This document shows positions 31,345-45,432 of a stretch of 64,000 nucleotides of DNA, piece after piece. Source of the stretch: Macrostomum lignano. Lineage: Eukaryota. Location: NCBI GenBank assembly GCA_002269645.1, contig NIVC01000323.1, positions 1 to 64,000 on the forward strand. The letters are read 5' to 3'. The notes under the pieces were generated by a model. The model did not search any database and was not told the origin of the DNA. It saw only the letters and a program-made list of their open reading frames with translations. The number at the start of each line of letters is the position of its first letter. Position 1 is the stretch's first letter. Made by a program: the position numbers and the translations under genes.

Positions 31345-32713
31345 GATCTTGGCGCTGGTTAAGCATTAATCTCCGCGCTGATTAAGCATCGATCTTGGCG
31401 CTGATTAAGCGTCGATCTTGGCGCTGATTAAGCATCGATCTTGGCGCTGATTAAGCATCAATCTTGGCGCTGATTAAGCACCGATCTTGGCGCTTTTTAA
31501 GCATCGATCTTGGCGCTGATTAAGCATCGATCTTGGCGCTGATTAAGCATCAATCTTGGCGCTGATTAAGCATCGATCTTGGCGCTGATTGAGCATCGAT
31601 CTTGGCGCTGATTAAGCATCGATCTTGGCGCTGATTGAGCATCGATCTTGGCGCTGATTAAGCATCGATCTTGGCGCTGATTAAGCATCGATCTTGGCGC
31701 TGATTAAGCATCGATCTTGGCGCTGATTAAGCATCGATCTTGGCGCTGATTGAGCATCGATCTTGGCGCTGATTAAGCATCGATCTTGGTGCTGATTAAG
31801 CATCAATCTTGGCGCTGATTAAGCATCGATCTTGGCGCTGATTAAGCATCAATCTTGGCGCTGATTAAGCATCGATCTTGGCGCTGATTAAGCATCGATC
31901 TTGGCGCTGATTAAGCATCAATCTTGGCGCTGATTAAGCATCGATCTTGGCGCTGATTAAGCATCCATCTTGGCGCTGATTAAGCATCGATCTTGGCGCT
32001 GATTAAGCATCGATCTTGGCGCTGATTAAGCATCGATCTTGGCGCTGATTAAGCATCGATCTTGGCGCTGATTAAGCATCGATCTTGGCGCTGATTAAGC
32101 ATCGATCTTGGCGCTGATTGAGCATCAATCTTGGCGCTGATTAAGCATCGATCTTGGCGCTGATTAAGCATCGATCTTGGCGCTGATTAAGCATCAATCT
32201 TGGCGCTGATTAAGCATCAATCTTGGCGCTGATTAAGCATCAATCTTGGCGCTGATTAAGCATCGATCTTGGCGCTGATTAAGCATCGATCTTGGCGCTG
32301 ATTAAGCATCGATCTTGGCGCTGATTAAGCATCAATCTTGGCGCTGATTAAGCATCAATCTTGGCGCTGATTAAGCATCAATCTTGGCGCTGATTAAGCA
32401 TCAATCTTGGCGCTGATTAAGCATCGATCTTGGCGCTGATTAAGCATCAATCTTGGCGCTGATTAAGCATCAATCTTGGCGCTGATTAAGCATCAATCTT
32501 GGCGCTGATTAAGCATCAATCTTGGCGCTGATTAAGCATCGATCTTGGCGCTGATTAAGCATCGATCTTGGCGCTGATTAAGCATCGATCTTGGCGCTGA
32601 TTAAGCATCGATCTTGGCGCTGATTAAGCATCGATCTTGGCGCTGATTAAGCATCGATCTTGGCGCTGATTAAGCATCGATCTTGGCGCTGATTAAGCAT
32701 CGATCTTGGCGCT
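31345..32713. repeat. 23-bp minisatellite (GATCTTGGCGCTGATTAAGCATC)n, ~59 copies; left arm of an inverted pair
   Basis: Tandem copies. Confidence 0.97.
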
Positions 32714-33222
32714 AATGAAACATAAAACTCAGTTTCGTTTTTAGAATGTTGGACTAATTGTGAAGAATTTCAAAGCGACTTTTCATTCATGTTTCTACGA
32801 ATTAACCGCACAATTGCATGAGCGAAATGATCCAGCAGCCGTTGATGATGCACATCGTCCAGAGCTTAGGAGGTCTTAGGAGGTCCATGGCTTAATTGCT
32901 GCAGTGTCCCTCACTGAAGTTGGAAAATCCTCTCTTATAAGCTGCTTATGCTTAGATCTGCCAATCTGCTTGGATTATGTTGACAAAAATACTCACAGGC
33001 TCGTGCCTGCCAGCTTTTCAATGAGATTTTCGACATGCAGTCTACCTGCAAGCTTGCGTGTGCCGAAAAGTTTATTCAACTTGCGGCCAACCTAGCGGTC
33101 GGGTTGAACGGATTCGTAAAAGTGTACTTTTAATCTGACACGCAATATCTCCTCTGATAATAATAAATTGTTATCTAGGAACTTGATTTTCAAATTAGTC
33201 AATGTGATTTTGTGAACAGTAA

Positions 33223-34875
33223 ATCGATGCTTAAATGGCGCTAGGATCGATGATTAAATGGCGCCAAGATCGATGCTTGAATGGCGCCAAGATCCATTCT
33301 TAAATAGCGCCAAGATCGATGCTTAATCAGCGCCAAGATCGGTGCTTGAATGGCGCCAAGATCGATTAATAAACAGCGCCAAGATCGATGCTTGAATGGC
33401 CCACGATCGATTAATAAACAGCGCCAAGATCGGTGCTTGAATGGCCCCACGATCGATTAATAAACAGCGCCAAGATCGGTGCTTGAATGGCGCCACGATC
33501 GATTAATAAACAGCGCCAAGATCGGTGCTTGAATGGCGCCACGATCGATTATTAAACAGCGCCAAGATCGGTGCTTAAATGGCGCCACGATCGATTATTA
33601 AACAGCGCCAAGATCGGTGCTTGAATGGCCCCACGATCGAATATTAAACAGCGCCAAGATCGGTGCTTGAATGGCCCCACGATCGATTATTAAACAGCGC
33701 CAAGATCGGTGCTTGAATGGCGCCACGATCGATTATTAAACAGCGCCAAGATCGGTGCTTGAATGGCGCCACGATCGATTATTAAACAGCGCCAAGATCG
33801 GTGCTTGAATGGCCCCAAGATCGATTATTAAACAGCGCCAAGATCGGTGCTTGAATGGCCCCAAGATCGATTATTAAGCAGCGCCAAGATCGGTGCTTGA
33901 ATGGCCCCAAGATCGAATATTAAACAGCGCCAAGATCGGTGCTTGAATGGCGCCACGATCGATTATTAAACAGCGCCAAGATCGGTGCTTGAATGGCGCC
34001 ACGATCGATTAATAAACAGCGCCAAGATCGGTGCTTGAATGGCGCCACGATCGATTATTAAACAGCGCCAAGATCGGTGCTTGAATGGCGCCACGATCGA
34101 TTAATAAACAGCGCCAAGATCGGTGCTTAAATGGCGCCACGATCGATTATTAAACAGCGCCAAGATCGGTGCTTGAATGGCGCCACGATCGATTATTAAA
34201 CAGCGCCAAGATCGGTGCTTGAATGGCGCCACGATCGATTATTAAACAGCGCCAAGATCGGTGCTTGAATGGCGCCACGATCGATTATTAAACAGCGCCA
34301 AGATCGGTGCTTGAATGGCCCCAAGATCGATTATTAAACAGCGCCAAGATGGGTGCTTGAATAGCGCCACGATCGATTATTAAACAGCGCCAAGATCGGT
34401 GCTTGAATGGCCCCAAGATCGATTATTAAACAGCGCCAAGATCGGTGCTTGAATGGCGCCAAGATCGATTAATAAACAGCGCCAAGATCGGTGCTTGAAT
34501 GGCGCCACGATCAATTAATAAACAGCGCCAAGATCGGTGCTTGAATGGCGCCAAGATCGATTAATAAACAGCGCCAAGATCGGTGCTTGAATGGCGCCAC
34601 GATCGATTATTAAACAGCGCCAAGATCGGTGCTTGAATGGCGCCACGATCGATTAATAAACAGCGCCAAGATGGGTGCTTGAATGGCGCCACGATCGATT
34701 ATTAAACAGCGCCAAGATGGGTGCTTGAATGGCGCCACGATCGATTATTAAACAGCGCCAAGATCGGTGCTTGAATGGCCCCACGATCGATTAAAAAGCA
34801 GCGCCAAGATCGGTGCTTGAATGGCGCCAAGATCGATGCTTAAACAGCGCCAAGATCGATGCTTGAATGGCGCTA
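33223..34875. repeat. 46-bp (2x23) minisatellite, inverted derivative of the 23-mer; right arm of the inverted pair
   Basis: Unit CAGCGCCAAGATCGGTGCTTGAATGGCGCCACGATCGATTATTAAA. An exact reverse-complement 23-mer lies at 33318-33340. Confidence 0.95.
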
Positions 34876-35082
34876 AAATTGAGAGAATAAGGCGCCAAGG
34901 CTGATGCAAATTCCCATGACAAGACGAAGTTCTCTCAACGGCCTGCCACTAAAATAATATTTTTTACAAAAAACTGACACAATTAAGAGTCTCACAACAG
35001 CTGCCTATGCAGCATTGTTTTTCTGTCCCTACCAGCGTTTTGTGTTCTTAACCAGCTTGAATGGCGCTTGAGCCTTCAAGAC

Positions 35083-35580
35083 TTTTTTCTTGCAATTGCA
35101 ATGCGTTGTCATCTCCACGTGTCGTGCTGTGTCAGCATTGTTGCTTCGAGTTGACTGACGCACTTGCAAATTAGACTAAAAAAAGTTGTTGCTGCAAAGA
35201 ATCGCTGGGTATTGCTGCCTCTAGGAGCAGAAGTGCCCTCGCTCAGCGCTCTCTCTCTCTCTGCCCCTCTCCCCTCTCTTTCCCTTGCAGTCTCCATCTC
35301 TTCAGCAAGTTTTTTTCAGCAGCTGACAAGCCTCTCCAGGTTGCGTGACAAGTGCTGGAACCTCTCCTGAAGGAATTGGGAGACTGCGCGGTGATGAGGC
35401 GGCTAGAGAGAAAGGAGGGAGAGAGACAGATAGAAACCTGTGTGTTTTCCTGTTGAGTAGAGATGTTTTTTCACTTGAGGCATGTGCTCTGCGCTCTACA
35501 GTCTCCTTCTCACCTTTCTCCCTGTGTATGCCTCCCATCTCAATCTGTACCTCCCTCTCATCTCTACCCGTGTCTCCCTC
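35083..35580 (+). repeat. Dispersed repeat, copy 2 (copy 1 at ~21570-21935)
   Basis: Shares the same blocks as copy 1, with insertions. Confidence 0.85.
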
Positions 35581-36200
35581 CCTCTCTACCCGTGTCGCCC
35601 TCCCGTCTCTACCCGTGTCTCCCTCCCGTCTCTACCCGTGTCTCCCTCCCTCTCTACCCGTGTCGCCCTCTCGTCTCTACCCGTGTCGCCCTCCCGGCTC
35701 TACCCGTGTCGCCCTCCCGTCTCTACCCGTGTCTCCCTCCCTCTCTGCCCGTGTCGCCCTCCTCTCTACCCGTGTCTCCCTCCCTCTCTGCCCGTGTCGC
35801 CCTCCCTCTCTACCCGTGTCGCCCTCCCGTCTCTACCCGTGTCTCCCTCCCTCTCTACCCGTGTCGCCCTCCTGTCTCTACCCGTGTCGCCCTCCCTCTC
35901 TACCCGTGTCGCCCTCCAGTCTCTACCCGTGTCTCCCTCCCTCTCTACCGATGTCACCCTCCCTCTCTACCCATGTCGCCCTCCCTCTACTTGTGTCTCC
36001 CTCCTTCTCTACCTGTGTCTCCCTCCCTCTCTACCCGTGTCGCCCTCCCTCTCTACCGATGTCGCCCTCCCTCTCTACCCATGTCGCCCTCCCTCTCTAC
36101 CCGTGTCGCCCTCTCGTCTCTAACCGTGTCGCCCTCCCTCTCTACCGATGTCGCCCTCCCTCTCTACCGATGTCGCCCTCCCTCTCTACCCGTGTCTCCC
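35560..36200. repeat. ~22-bp pyrimidine-rich minisatellite (CTCTCTACCCGTGTC[G/T]CCCTCC)n
   Basis: Tandem copies. Confidence 0.93.
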
Positions 36201-36639
36201 ATCTTTCTTGACTTGTATCTCCCCGTCAGCCTCCTCACTTTCATACCTCGCTTTCTACTTTATATCTTCATTTCACAGTTGAGAGCTCCTATGATAACAA
36301 AAAGTGTCCTTTCTAGATTTTTAATGAGCTAATGAATGTGCTGAGTTTGACTAATGCTTAGCTCCGTGTTGTTGACTACCAACAGCTAGCTATTAAAGTG
36401 CAAAGTAATTAAAAATGACTGAAGCCTTTAGTAGCCAAGCTAAATTTCATGCGGCCTACTAGAGTGGGCTTTTTATTGACAAATCCAATGGTTAAATTGG
36501 CTACTTACTTTCTTCCGGACTTTTGCTGGCAATTTTCAAATAATTGGCTTTGGCCATGGACTGCAGTTTAAAACTTCTTTTAGGGGCTGTGGACACAAAA
36601 AGATTGCAATGGATGGTCTACACAACAGAGTCATAGAGA

Positions 36640-36944
36640 GGGGAGAAATGAGCGGGATCATGTAGGGAAATGAGCAGGGTCATAGAGAGGAAAATGAGCA
36701 GGTTCATAGGGTGAGGAATGACAGCGTCATTGAGATGGAAATGAGCAGGGTCATAAACCCAATAGTGATCAATGTCATAAAGAGTTGAATAAAAAGGACC
36801 AAAGAAAGGGGAACAATCAAGTTCATATAGGGAGGAATGAGCAGTGTCACAGGGAAGAGAATGAGCAGGGTCATGAAGAGAGGAATTACCAGGCTCTTGG
36901 ATAGGGAAATGAGCAGGATCCTAGAAATGGGAATGATCAGGGTC

Positions 36945-36990
<46 letters not shown>
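36640..36990. repeat. Degenerate ~24-bp repeat (GGGAAATGAGCAGGGTCATAGAGA-like) ending in (GA)n
   Basis: Recurring ATGAGCAGGGTCAT; pure GA run at ~36946-36985. Confidence 0.75.
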
Positions 36991-37424
36991 GAGGAGAATC
37001 GTCAGGGTCAAAGAGAGATAAAATTGTGTCGCCCAAATCGCAGAGAGAGGCAGAATTCAGAATGACTATAGCCTCTAGTCTAGCCAGAATTTTATCCCCA
37101 ACTCAGCCGCAGAACAAAGACCTTTCGAAGCAGCTTGTAAGTAATTAACCTACAACTGACTCTGTCCAATTTGAGAGGAAAATATCCTCAAAACCAAATC
37201 TTCCCCGTCTTCTGAGTATTCTGAGTTTTAGCGACACGCAGAGAAAGAAGCAGACCATCTGGTACCTGGGCGGGAGGGTCCTTCCTGTCTGTCTGACTGA
37301 TCACTGAGTGGAAAATGGCTGATTTATGACACAGAAATATCCGACTTGTAGTGGAAGTGGGAGAACAGCCAAGGAGCGTCAACCAACGTCCGGAAAGGCA
37401 AGTCTGACTTCCTTAGTTTTAGAT

Positions 37425-39300
37425 ACGCTGTGTAGTTTGTAAATTGTGTAGTTTTTGAATTGTGTAGTTTGTTAATTGTGTAGTTTGTGACTTGTGTAGT
37501 TTGTGACTTATGTAGTTTGTGACTTATGTAGTTTGTGACTTATGTAGTTTGTGAATTGTGTAGTTTGTGAATTGTGTAGTTTGTGACTTGTGTAGTTTGT
37601 GACTTATGTAGTTTGTGACTTATGTAGTTTGTGACTTATGTAGTTTGTGACTTGTGTAGTTTGTGACTTGTGTAGTTTGTGAATTGTGTAGTTTGTGAAT
37701 TGTGTAGTTTGTGAATTGTGTAGTTTGTGAATTGTGTAGTTTGTGACTTGTGTAGTTTGTGACTTGTGTCGTTTGTGACTTATGTAGTTTGTGACTTATG
37801 TAGTTTGTGACTTATGTAGTTTGTGACTTATGTAGTTTGTGAATTGTGTAGTTTGTGAATTGTGTAGTTTGTGAATTGTGTAGTTTGTGAATTGTGTAGT
37901 TTGTGACTTGTGTAGTTTGTGACTTATGTAGTTTGTGACTTATGTAGTTTGTGAATTGTGTAGTTTGTGACTTGTGTAGTTTGTGAATTGTGTAGTTTGT
38001 GAATTGTGTAGTTTGTGACTTGTGTAGTTTGTGAATTGTGTAGTCTCTGAATTGTGTAGTTTGTGAATTGTGTAGTTTGTGACTTGTGTAGTCTGTGATT
38101 TGTGTAGTTTGTGAATTGTGTAGTTTGTAAATTGTGTAGTTTGTGAATTGTGTAGTTTGTGACTTGTGTAGTTTGTGACTTGTGTAGTCTGTTATTTGTG
38201 TAGTTTGTGAATTGTGTAGTCTGTGACTTGTGTAGTTTGTGATTTGTGTAGTTTGTGAATTGTGTAGTCTGTGAATTGTGTAGTCTCTGAATTGTGTAGT
38301 TTGTGAATTGTGTAGTTTGTGACTTGTGTAGTTTGTGAATTGTGTAGTCTGTGAATTGTGTAGTCTGTGACTTATGTAGTTTGTGACTTATGTAGTTTGT
38401 GACTTATGTAGTTTGTGAATTGTGTAGTTTGTGAATTGTGTAGTTTGTGACTTGTGTAGTTTGTGACTTGTGTAGTTTGTGACTTGTGTAGTCTCTGAAT
38501 TGTGTAGTTTGTGAATTGTGTAGTTTGTGACTTGTGTAGTCTGTGACTTGTGTAGTTTGTGACTTGTGTAGTTTGTGACTTGTGTAGTCTGTTATTTGTG
38601 TAGTTTGTGAATTGTGTAGTCTGTGAATTGTGTAGTTTGTGAATTGTGTAGTTTGTGAATTGTGTAGTCTGTGACTTGTGTAGTTTGTGATTTGTGTAGT
38701 TTGTGAATTGTGTAGTCTGTGAATTGTGTAGTCTGTGACTTGTGTAGTTTGTGAATTGTGTAGTTTGTGAATTGTGTAGTTTGTGAATTGTGTAGTCTGT
38801 GACTTGTGTAGTTTGTGAATTGTGTAGTTTGTGAATTGTGTAGTTTGTGACTTGTGTAGTTTGTGACTTGTGTAGTTTGTGAATTGTGTAGTTTGTGACT
38901 TGTGTAGTTTGTGAATTGTGTAGTTTGTGACTTGTGTAGTTTGTGACTTGTGTAGTTTGTGAATTGTGTAGTTTGTGACTTGTGTAGTCTGTGAATTGTG
39001 TAGTTTTTTAACTTTGTAGTCTGTGAATTGTATAGTTTCTGAAGTGTCTAGTATTTTTAATTATGTTGTTTGTGAATGTGTAGTTTGTGACTTGTGTAGT
39101 TTGTGAATTGTGTAGTTTGTGACTTGTGTAGTTTGTGAATTGTGTAGTTTGTGACTTGTGTAGTCTGTGAATTGTGTAGTTTTTTAACTTTGTAGTCTGT
39201 GAATTGTATAGTTTCTGAAGTGTCTAGTATTTTTAATTATGTTGTTTGTGAATGTGTAGTCTGTGAATTTTGTAGCTTGTTAATTTTGTAGTTTGCCAAG
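37425..39300. repeat. 16-bp minisatellite (TTGTGTAGTTTGTGA[A/C])n, >110 copies
   Basis: Tandem copies; terminal ~176-bp block duplicated. Confidence 0.97.
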
Positions 39301-39921
39301 CTTTAGCTAGTTAAAAAGGTAGTTTTGTAAAGCCAGTCAATTAGGTCTTGTAGTTTCTGTAGATTTTCAGTTTTTTTGGGGAAAAAAGAGATTAGCTTGA
39401 GCAATCCATATGTTGACTTCAGAAGTCCCTGGCTCAGTCTTGTCAAACTTAACAAGCTCTCTGCCACGTGTCCTTCTGTCTGTCGTAGCTTTCTCCCTGT
39501 TTCCTTCCTTTCCTTGGTTTTCCATTTGCATTCCGACTCCATGCGCTTTCAAGTTTAATGGGTTTATCAATATTACCTGGCTTGTGCTGTGCTTGTCTTT
39601 TCTCTTCTTTTTTTGACAGCTGAGTCACTTCAGTCATTCAGGGCCCTCGATATTGCTATTTGCTCAGCGTGGATGAGCATAATAATTAGCTCGTACTTTG
39701 TATATCTGGGGAGAGATTTGGCTAAAAATGTTCGAGGATCTTAGGAAAATAATACGAGCTGTGTACAAAAGGATTATCAAATGCAGATCTCTTCATGGCC
39801 TGCCAACCCTAGCGCTGGTCCTCCTGGGCAGTTACGCAGTTCTGCAAACTTGGAAATGAAGTTGCTGAGTTTGTCGCATCCGCTTGGATTAATGAGCTTA
39901 TTCAAATAATCGCCTCAATTA

Positions 39922-40150
39922 ATGATAAGCGCCTCAATTCATGATAAGCGCCACAACTCATGATAAGCGCCACAACTCATGATAAGCGCCACAACTCGTG
40001 ATAAGCGCCAAAACTCGTGATAAGCGCTACATTTCATGATGAGCGCCACAACTCATGATAAGCGCCACAACTCATGATAAGCGCTACATTTCATGATGAG
40101 CGCCACAACTCGTGATAAGCGCCATAACTCATGATAAGCGCCACAACTCG
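39922..40150. repeat. 19-bp minisatellite (CATGATAAGCGCCACAACT)n
   Basis: About 12 copies. Confidence 0.92.
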
Positions 40151-40824
40151 TGAAGAACTGACAATCAAGTCCCATAGGCTCAAGAAATTTTTGCAAGACA
40201 GCATTGCGTGCAGGTCTCAGCCCATGATACGTGTGTAAATTGCAGGTTATAACAAAAAGGAAAAAGTAACATTTTCTAACGCCTAAAATAAATAATAAGT
40301 ACGTGTGTAACAACTATTCAAAACTTGGCGAGTCTCTTTGTTCTGGACACAATTTTCTCAAAGATTATGATTAGCTATTTTTCATTTCCTTCACTTCTCT
40401 CTTATTTACAATTCAGTGTTATACAAGCGCGGCAAACTGAAGCACTGAGCAGTGTGAGTCACCTCACACCTTTCCGTTGCTCTCGCTTGCTTCACCTAGT
40501 CACTAGCTAGATTTAAGAAAGCCATTATAATCCTATAATACATATTACGAGCTATTTCATAGATTATCGCTAAATATTGCATTGTTAGTCTGCAGTCTCA
40601 AGCCCTGCGGAAACCCCACCCCCATTTTATTACGAGTATTACGAAATGAGAAATGCTCCAATTTTAATCATTTTTATTTGACGATGTAATCGTGTCTGTT
40701 GATAACGATATAGAAATATTCAAATAAAATGAATAGCGAGTTGTCCATGACTTTAAAAAAATCTTATAAAAAGGTCCATGGCTGAGATTATTAATGCAAT
40801 TCCTAATTCTAAATCAGACGGCCC

Positions 40825-41065
40825 TAGCAATTAGATTTGGCGCCCTAGCAACGGGATTTGGCGCTCCTAGCAACGGGATTTGGCGCTCCTAGCAACGGGA
40901 TTTGGCGCTCCTAGCAACGGAAATTCGCTTCCCTAGTGACGATATTGGGCGACCCTAGCAACGAGGTTCTGCGATCCTAGCAACGGGATTTCGGTTCCCT
41001 AGTGATGGGATTTGGCGCCCTAGCAACGGAATTCGGTGCTCCTAACAACAGGATTTTTTGCCCTA
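40825..41065. repeat. 22-bp minisatellite (ATTTGGCGCTCCTAGCAACGGG)n, degenerate at its 3' end
   Basis: About 10 copies. Confidence 0.88.
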
Positions 41066-41420
41066 GCAACGGGATTTTGGCAGCCCTATAGCTACTAGGT
41101 TCCGTGGTCCTAGCAACCAGCAAAATTAGCGCCCCTGGGCTAGCACTATCATACAGAAATTTTGGAGATTTATGTTTGAACTCAATAATATACAATAAAA
41201 TAATATACAGTTTAAAGAACACAGGCAAAATAAATTTTTTAGTTGTCTAATACGCCTTTAATTATGAGACTTGCTTTTAATATAGAAATTTATGTGGATT
41301 TGAGAGTAATGCATACACAGACAGTGGCTATAGATACTGTACATGTCATGTCTGGCAGAAAGCAGGTAGGCATTCACAAAAATTATAGCTAAATATAAAT
41401 CTGCTAAGCAACTAAGAAAG

Positions 41421-42683
41421 CTACCATGAAGTGAGCAGCTGTACAGAGAGTCTGAGCAGAAGCGGCGGTGCTGCTGCGAACGTTGCTGACAGGAGGAGCC
41501 GTGCTGCACCTTTGCCTTCATTGTTGCTACCCGCTTCACCGCCTCGAACTTGCAGCCTGGTCGAGTCGAACCAGGTGCTCTCGGCCTCTTGAGCCGGGTC
41601 CGAAGTCTTAAACGGTGGCGAGTCGAAGCTGGAGCTGGGCTCAGCGCAGGCGTCGACGCACGGCTGCGGACGGCACTGTGGGCTGCAGTCGTGCAGTAGG
41701 CTCCTGTCGAAGGTGACGAACCTGGGCGAGAAGCCGTACCACCGAGACCAGTCGCGCCGGTTAGCGAAGCTGGCGGTCTGACAGCTGCATGGAAAGAAAG
41801 TTGCAGTCAGGTTGAGGCCGCGCAAGCTTCTCGCCTGACCGATGGCGCACAGGTCGAGCTGGCGAAGGATGTTACCGCGCAGGTACAGGGCCACCAAGCC
41901 GCCGCCGTCTTGAACGCCGACGGACGAGTCAGCCGATTGCGGCGAGGTCAAACCGCAGAACGCTCGCCTCTGGATGACTAAGTCCCTCTGCAGGGCGCCT
42001 AGGTCGAGAATGATGAGCTTTCTCAAACCGTGAAACGCATTGTCGGGTATGGTGGAGATTTTGTTGAACTGCAGATAGAGATTCATCAGGTTGGTGAGCT
42101 GTCGGATTCCGGGCGGCACCTCCGTGATGTAGTTGTGGCTGAGGTAGAGTTTGGCAATGAACGCGGTGTGCCGAAACGCGCCGAGGGCCACCGTCTTGAT
42201 GAGATTATTGTGAAGCACGAGCTCGCGAAGCGACGGCAGGTCTCTAAGATCTTCGTTGCCGAGGCTGGACAGCAGGTTGTGCGACAGGTTCAAGGACTCC
42301 ACGCCAAGCAGTCCCTGGAACGCGCCCGGTTGAATCTCGCGAACCAGCGAGCTGGTAACCTCGACTCGTCGGACATTGAGAACACCCCAGTGGAACTGCA
42401 GAGTCAGCTGAGTCATCGCGTGTTCTCGAACTCGGAGCTCGTGAAAATTGTACGACCATCGAGTCTCGCGGTTGCTGGGCACAAAGTAGGGCACTCGGTC
42501 CAGGTAGTTCAGAGACTCGCTCTCGCGCTGAACGCACTTGATCCGCAGGTCGGTGCACTGGCAGGGAGCCTGCGCTGGACACGGCGGCTTGGAGGCGGCC
42601 CTGATAGCCAGTAGGAGACAGCAGACGGTCAGGCTGGCGAGACGCCGGAACCAGAAACCGCTGTTCATGCAGGAGCAACGCAT
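41421..42683 (-). CDS. Extracellular leucine-rich-repeat protein (signal peptide, LRRNT, ~8-9 LRRs, LRRCT), probably GPI-anchored; 420 aa, intronless
   Basis: CPAQAPCQC N-cap; LxLxxNxI/L repeats (LNLSHNLL, LVLHNNLI, LYLSHNYI, LYLQFNKI); FPCSC C-cap; Ser/Pro-rich stalk; hydrophobic C-terminus after NEGKG. Confidence 0.92.
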   Translation of the reverse strand: MRCSCMNSGFWFRRLASLTVCCLLLAIRAASKPPCPAQAPCQCTDLRIKCVQRESESLNYLDRVPYFVPSNRETRWSYNFHELRVREHAMTQLTLQFHWGVLNVRRVEVTSSLVREIQPGAFQGLLGVESLNLSHNLLSSLGNEDLRDLPSLRELVLHNNLIKTVALGAFRHTAFIAKLYLSHNYITEVPPGIRQLTNLMNLYLQFNKISTIPDNAFHGLRKLIILDLGALQRDLVIQRRAFCGLTSPQSADSSVGVQDGGGLVALYLRGNILRQLDLCAIGQARSLRGLNLTATFFPCSCQTASFANRRDWSRWYGFSPRFVTFDRSLLHDCSPQCRPQPCVDACAEPSSSFDSPPFKTSDPAQEAESTWFDSTRLQVRGGEAGSNNEGKGAARLLLSATFAAAPPLLLRLSVQLLTSW

Positions 42684-42874
42684 GGCTAAAGTATTTTGTC
42701 GATATAATTTTTAATGCTTTAAAACCTGCTCAGGAGATACATGCCTACGAAATTGCCTACTAAACCTGCTAGGCCCTATTTTGAAGTGCTTTGAAAGCTT
42801 GGCAGAGAGGGGCAGGCAACTTAAGCCCCGTGTGAGTCTGAAACAGTTTATTAGAATGGTAGGGCGATCTGGGC

Positions 42875-42912
42875 TCAGCCAATGGCTGAAGTCCGGCTGC
42901 CACTATTGGCCC
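42875..42912. promoter_or_regulatory. Opposed CCAAT boxes upstream of the LRR gene
   Basis: AGCCAATGG at 42877-42885 and CTATTGGC at 42903-42910; motif match only. Confidence 0.25.
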
Positions 42913-43289
42913 GCGAACTGGGACCGATAGACCCAAGCTTTGCCTTGCCTCTCTTGCCTCTAGGAGAAGCGAATGGTGTCGCTTTGACTGTACGCAGAGG
43001 GACTATTGGGGTGTCAATCACAGTGAGAGAAAAAGAGAGAGAGGCGGGTTTGTGTTGATTGCTGAGGTTCCGCTATGATTGCGGCTATTGGTTTCCGTGC
43101 GTCTTCCTGCATCCAGCTGCCCCTGGCTGATGATGCCCGCCTTAATGCGTCATCATCCGCTTTCTGCAAGAGCTGCCCAGCGACTCCCCATCTGCGTAAG
43201 AGGACAGATGAGCGGGGTATAAACACTTAATGTTGCTTCAAGAATAAAATTATCTTCTTCGCGGTAGAATATGTATCTTCATTATATAG

Positions 43290-44001
<712 letters not shown>

Positions 44002-44705
44002 ACAACCATTTTGGTATTGCTACACCTGTGAGAAAGCACTTGAAAATCCCCCGCAGTTTGTCATTCTCAGACTTGTCAGGACCCACGGGCCAGCGGCAGC
44101 TTATGATAATACCTGTCTGGCCATTCCTGTCAAAGGAGTGCCACCACCCCAGTTGCAACAGCGCAGGCTCGCCGCAGGTCTGAAGCATCAAAGATGGAAT
44201 CTATTGAACTGCATGAAGACGCTATTCAGTCACACACACCGGTGTCTGCCTGCCTGGTTGCACACGGAGAGCGGCAAAGAAAAAAGGCCACTTGAAGAGA
44301 CAAAACTAGTGGGAGAGTAGAGAGAGCGAGAGCAAAATATAAGTGGCTCCAGGCAGAAGCTTCACAGGGGGTGCTTTTTAATTAACGCCCCCGAATGCAG
44401 CAAAAGGTTGGAGCAGAAAACCGGTCGACTCACCTGGGGGGGGAAGCCTTCGCTGGGGGACCTCTTCGAGTGGCGCTGCCGCAACCGCCAACCTTTAATC
44501 AGCCTTGAGAGTTTTTGTTGCCAAGTTCGGAAAGATAGAGCTCAATTGTTTTGTTCGTGAAATTTGTTTAGTTGGACATGCGCCAAATTTTGGGTCACAG
44601 ATTGAGCAATCTTGAGCATCGTACTCAGCTTCAGAAACAGCATAAGGGACAAAATAATATACCGATACAAAAACAGCAGCCAGGGTTTCCAAAAAAACGT
44701 CACCA

Positions 44706-45432
44706 ACACTAAAAACAGCATCAAAACAGCACCAAAACAGCACCAAAACAGCATCAAAACAGCACCAAAACAGCACCAAAACAGCACCAAAACAGCATCA
44801 AAACAGCACCAAAACAGCACCAAAACAGCATCAAAACAGCACCAAAACAGCACCAAAACAGCATCAAAACAGCACCAAAACAGCACCAAAACAGCATCAA
44901 AACAGCACCAAAAACAGCACCAAAACCAGCACCAAAACCAGCACCAAAAACAGCACCAAAAACAGCACCAAAACCAGCACCAAAAACAGCACCAAAACAG
45001 CACCAAAACAGCACCAAAACAGCATCAAAACAGCACCAAAACAGCACCAAAACAGCATCAAAACAGCACCAAAAACAGCACCAAAACCAGCACCAAAACC
45101 AGCACCAAAAACAGCACCAAAAAACAGCACCAAAACCAGCACCAAAAACAGCACCAAAAACAGCACCAAAAACAGCACCAAAAACAGCACCAAAAAACAG
45201 CACCAAAAAACAGCACCAAAACCAGCACCAAAAACAGCACCAAAACAGCACCAAAAACAGCACCAAAACAGCACCAAAAACAGCACCAAAACCAGCACCA
45301 AAACAGCACCAAAAAACAGCACCAAAAAACAGCACCAAAAAACAGCACCAAAACCAGCACCAAAAACAGCACCAAAACCAGCACCAAAAACAGCACCAAA
45401 AACAGCACCAAAAACAGCACCAAAAACAGCAT
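44706..45432. repeat. 11-13-bp repeat (AAAACAGCACC)n
   Basis: Direct reading. Confidence 0.96.
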
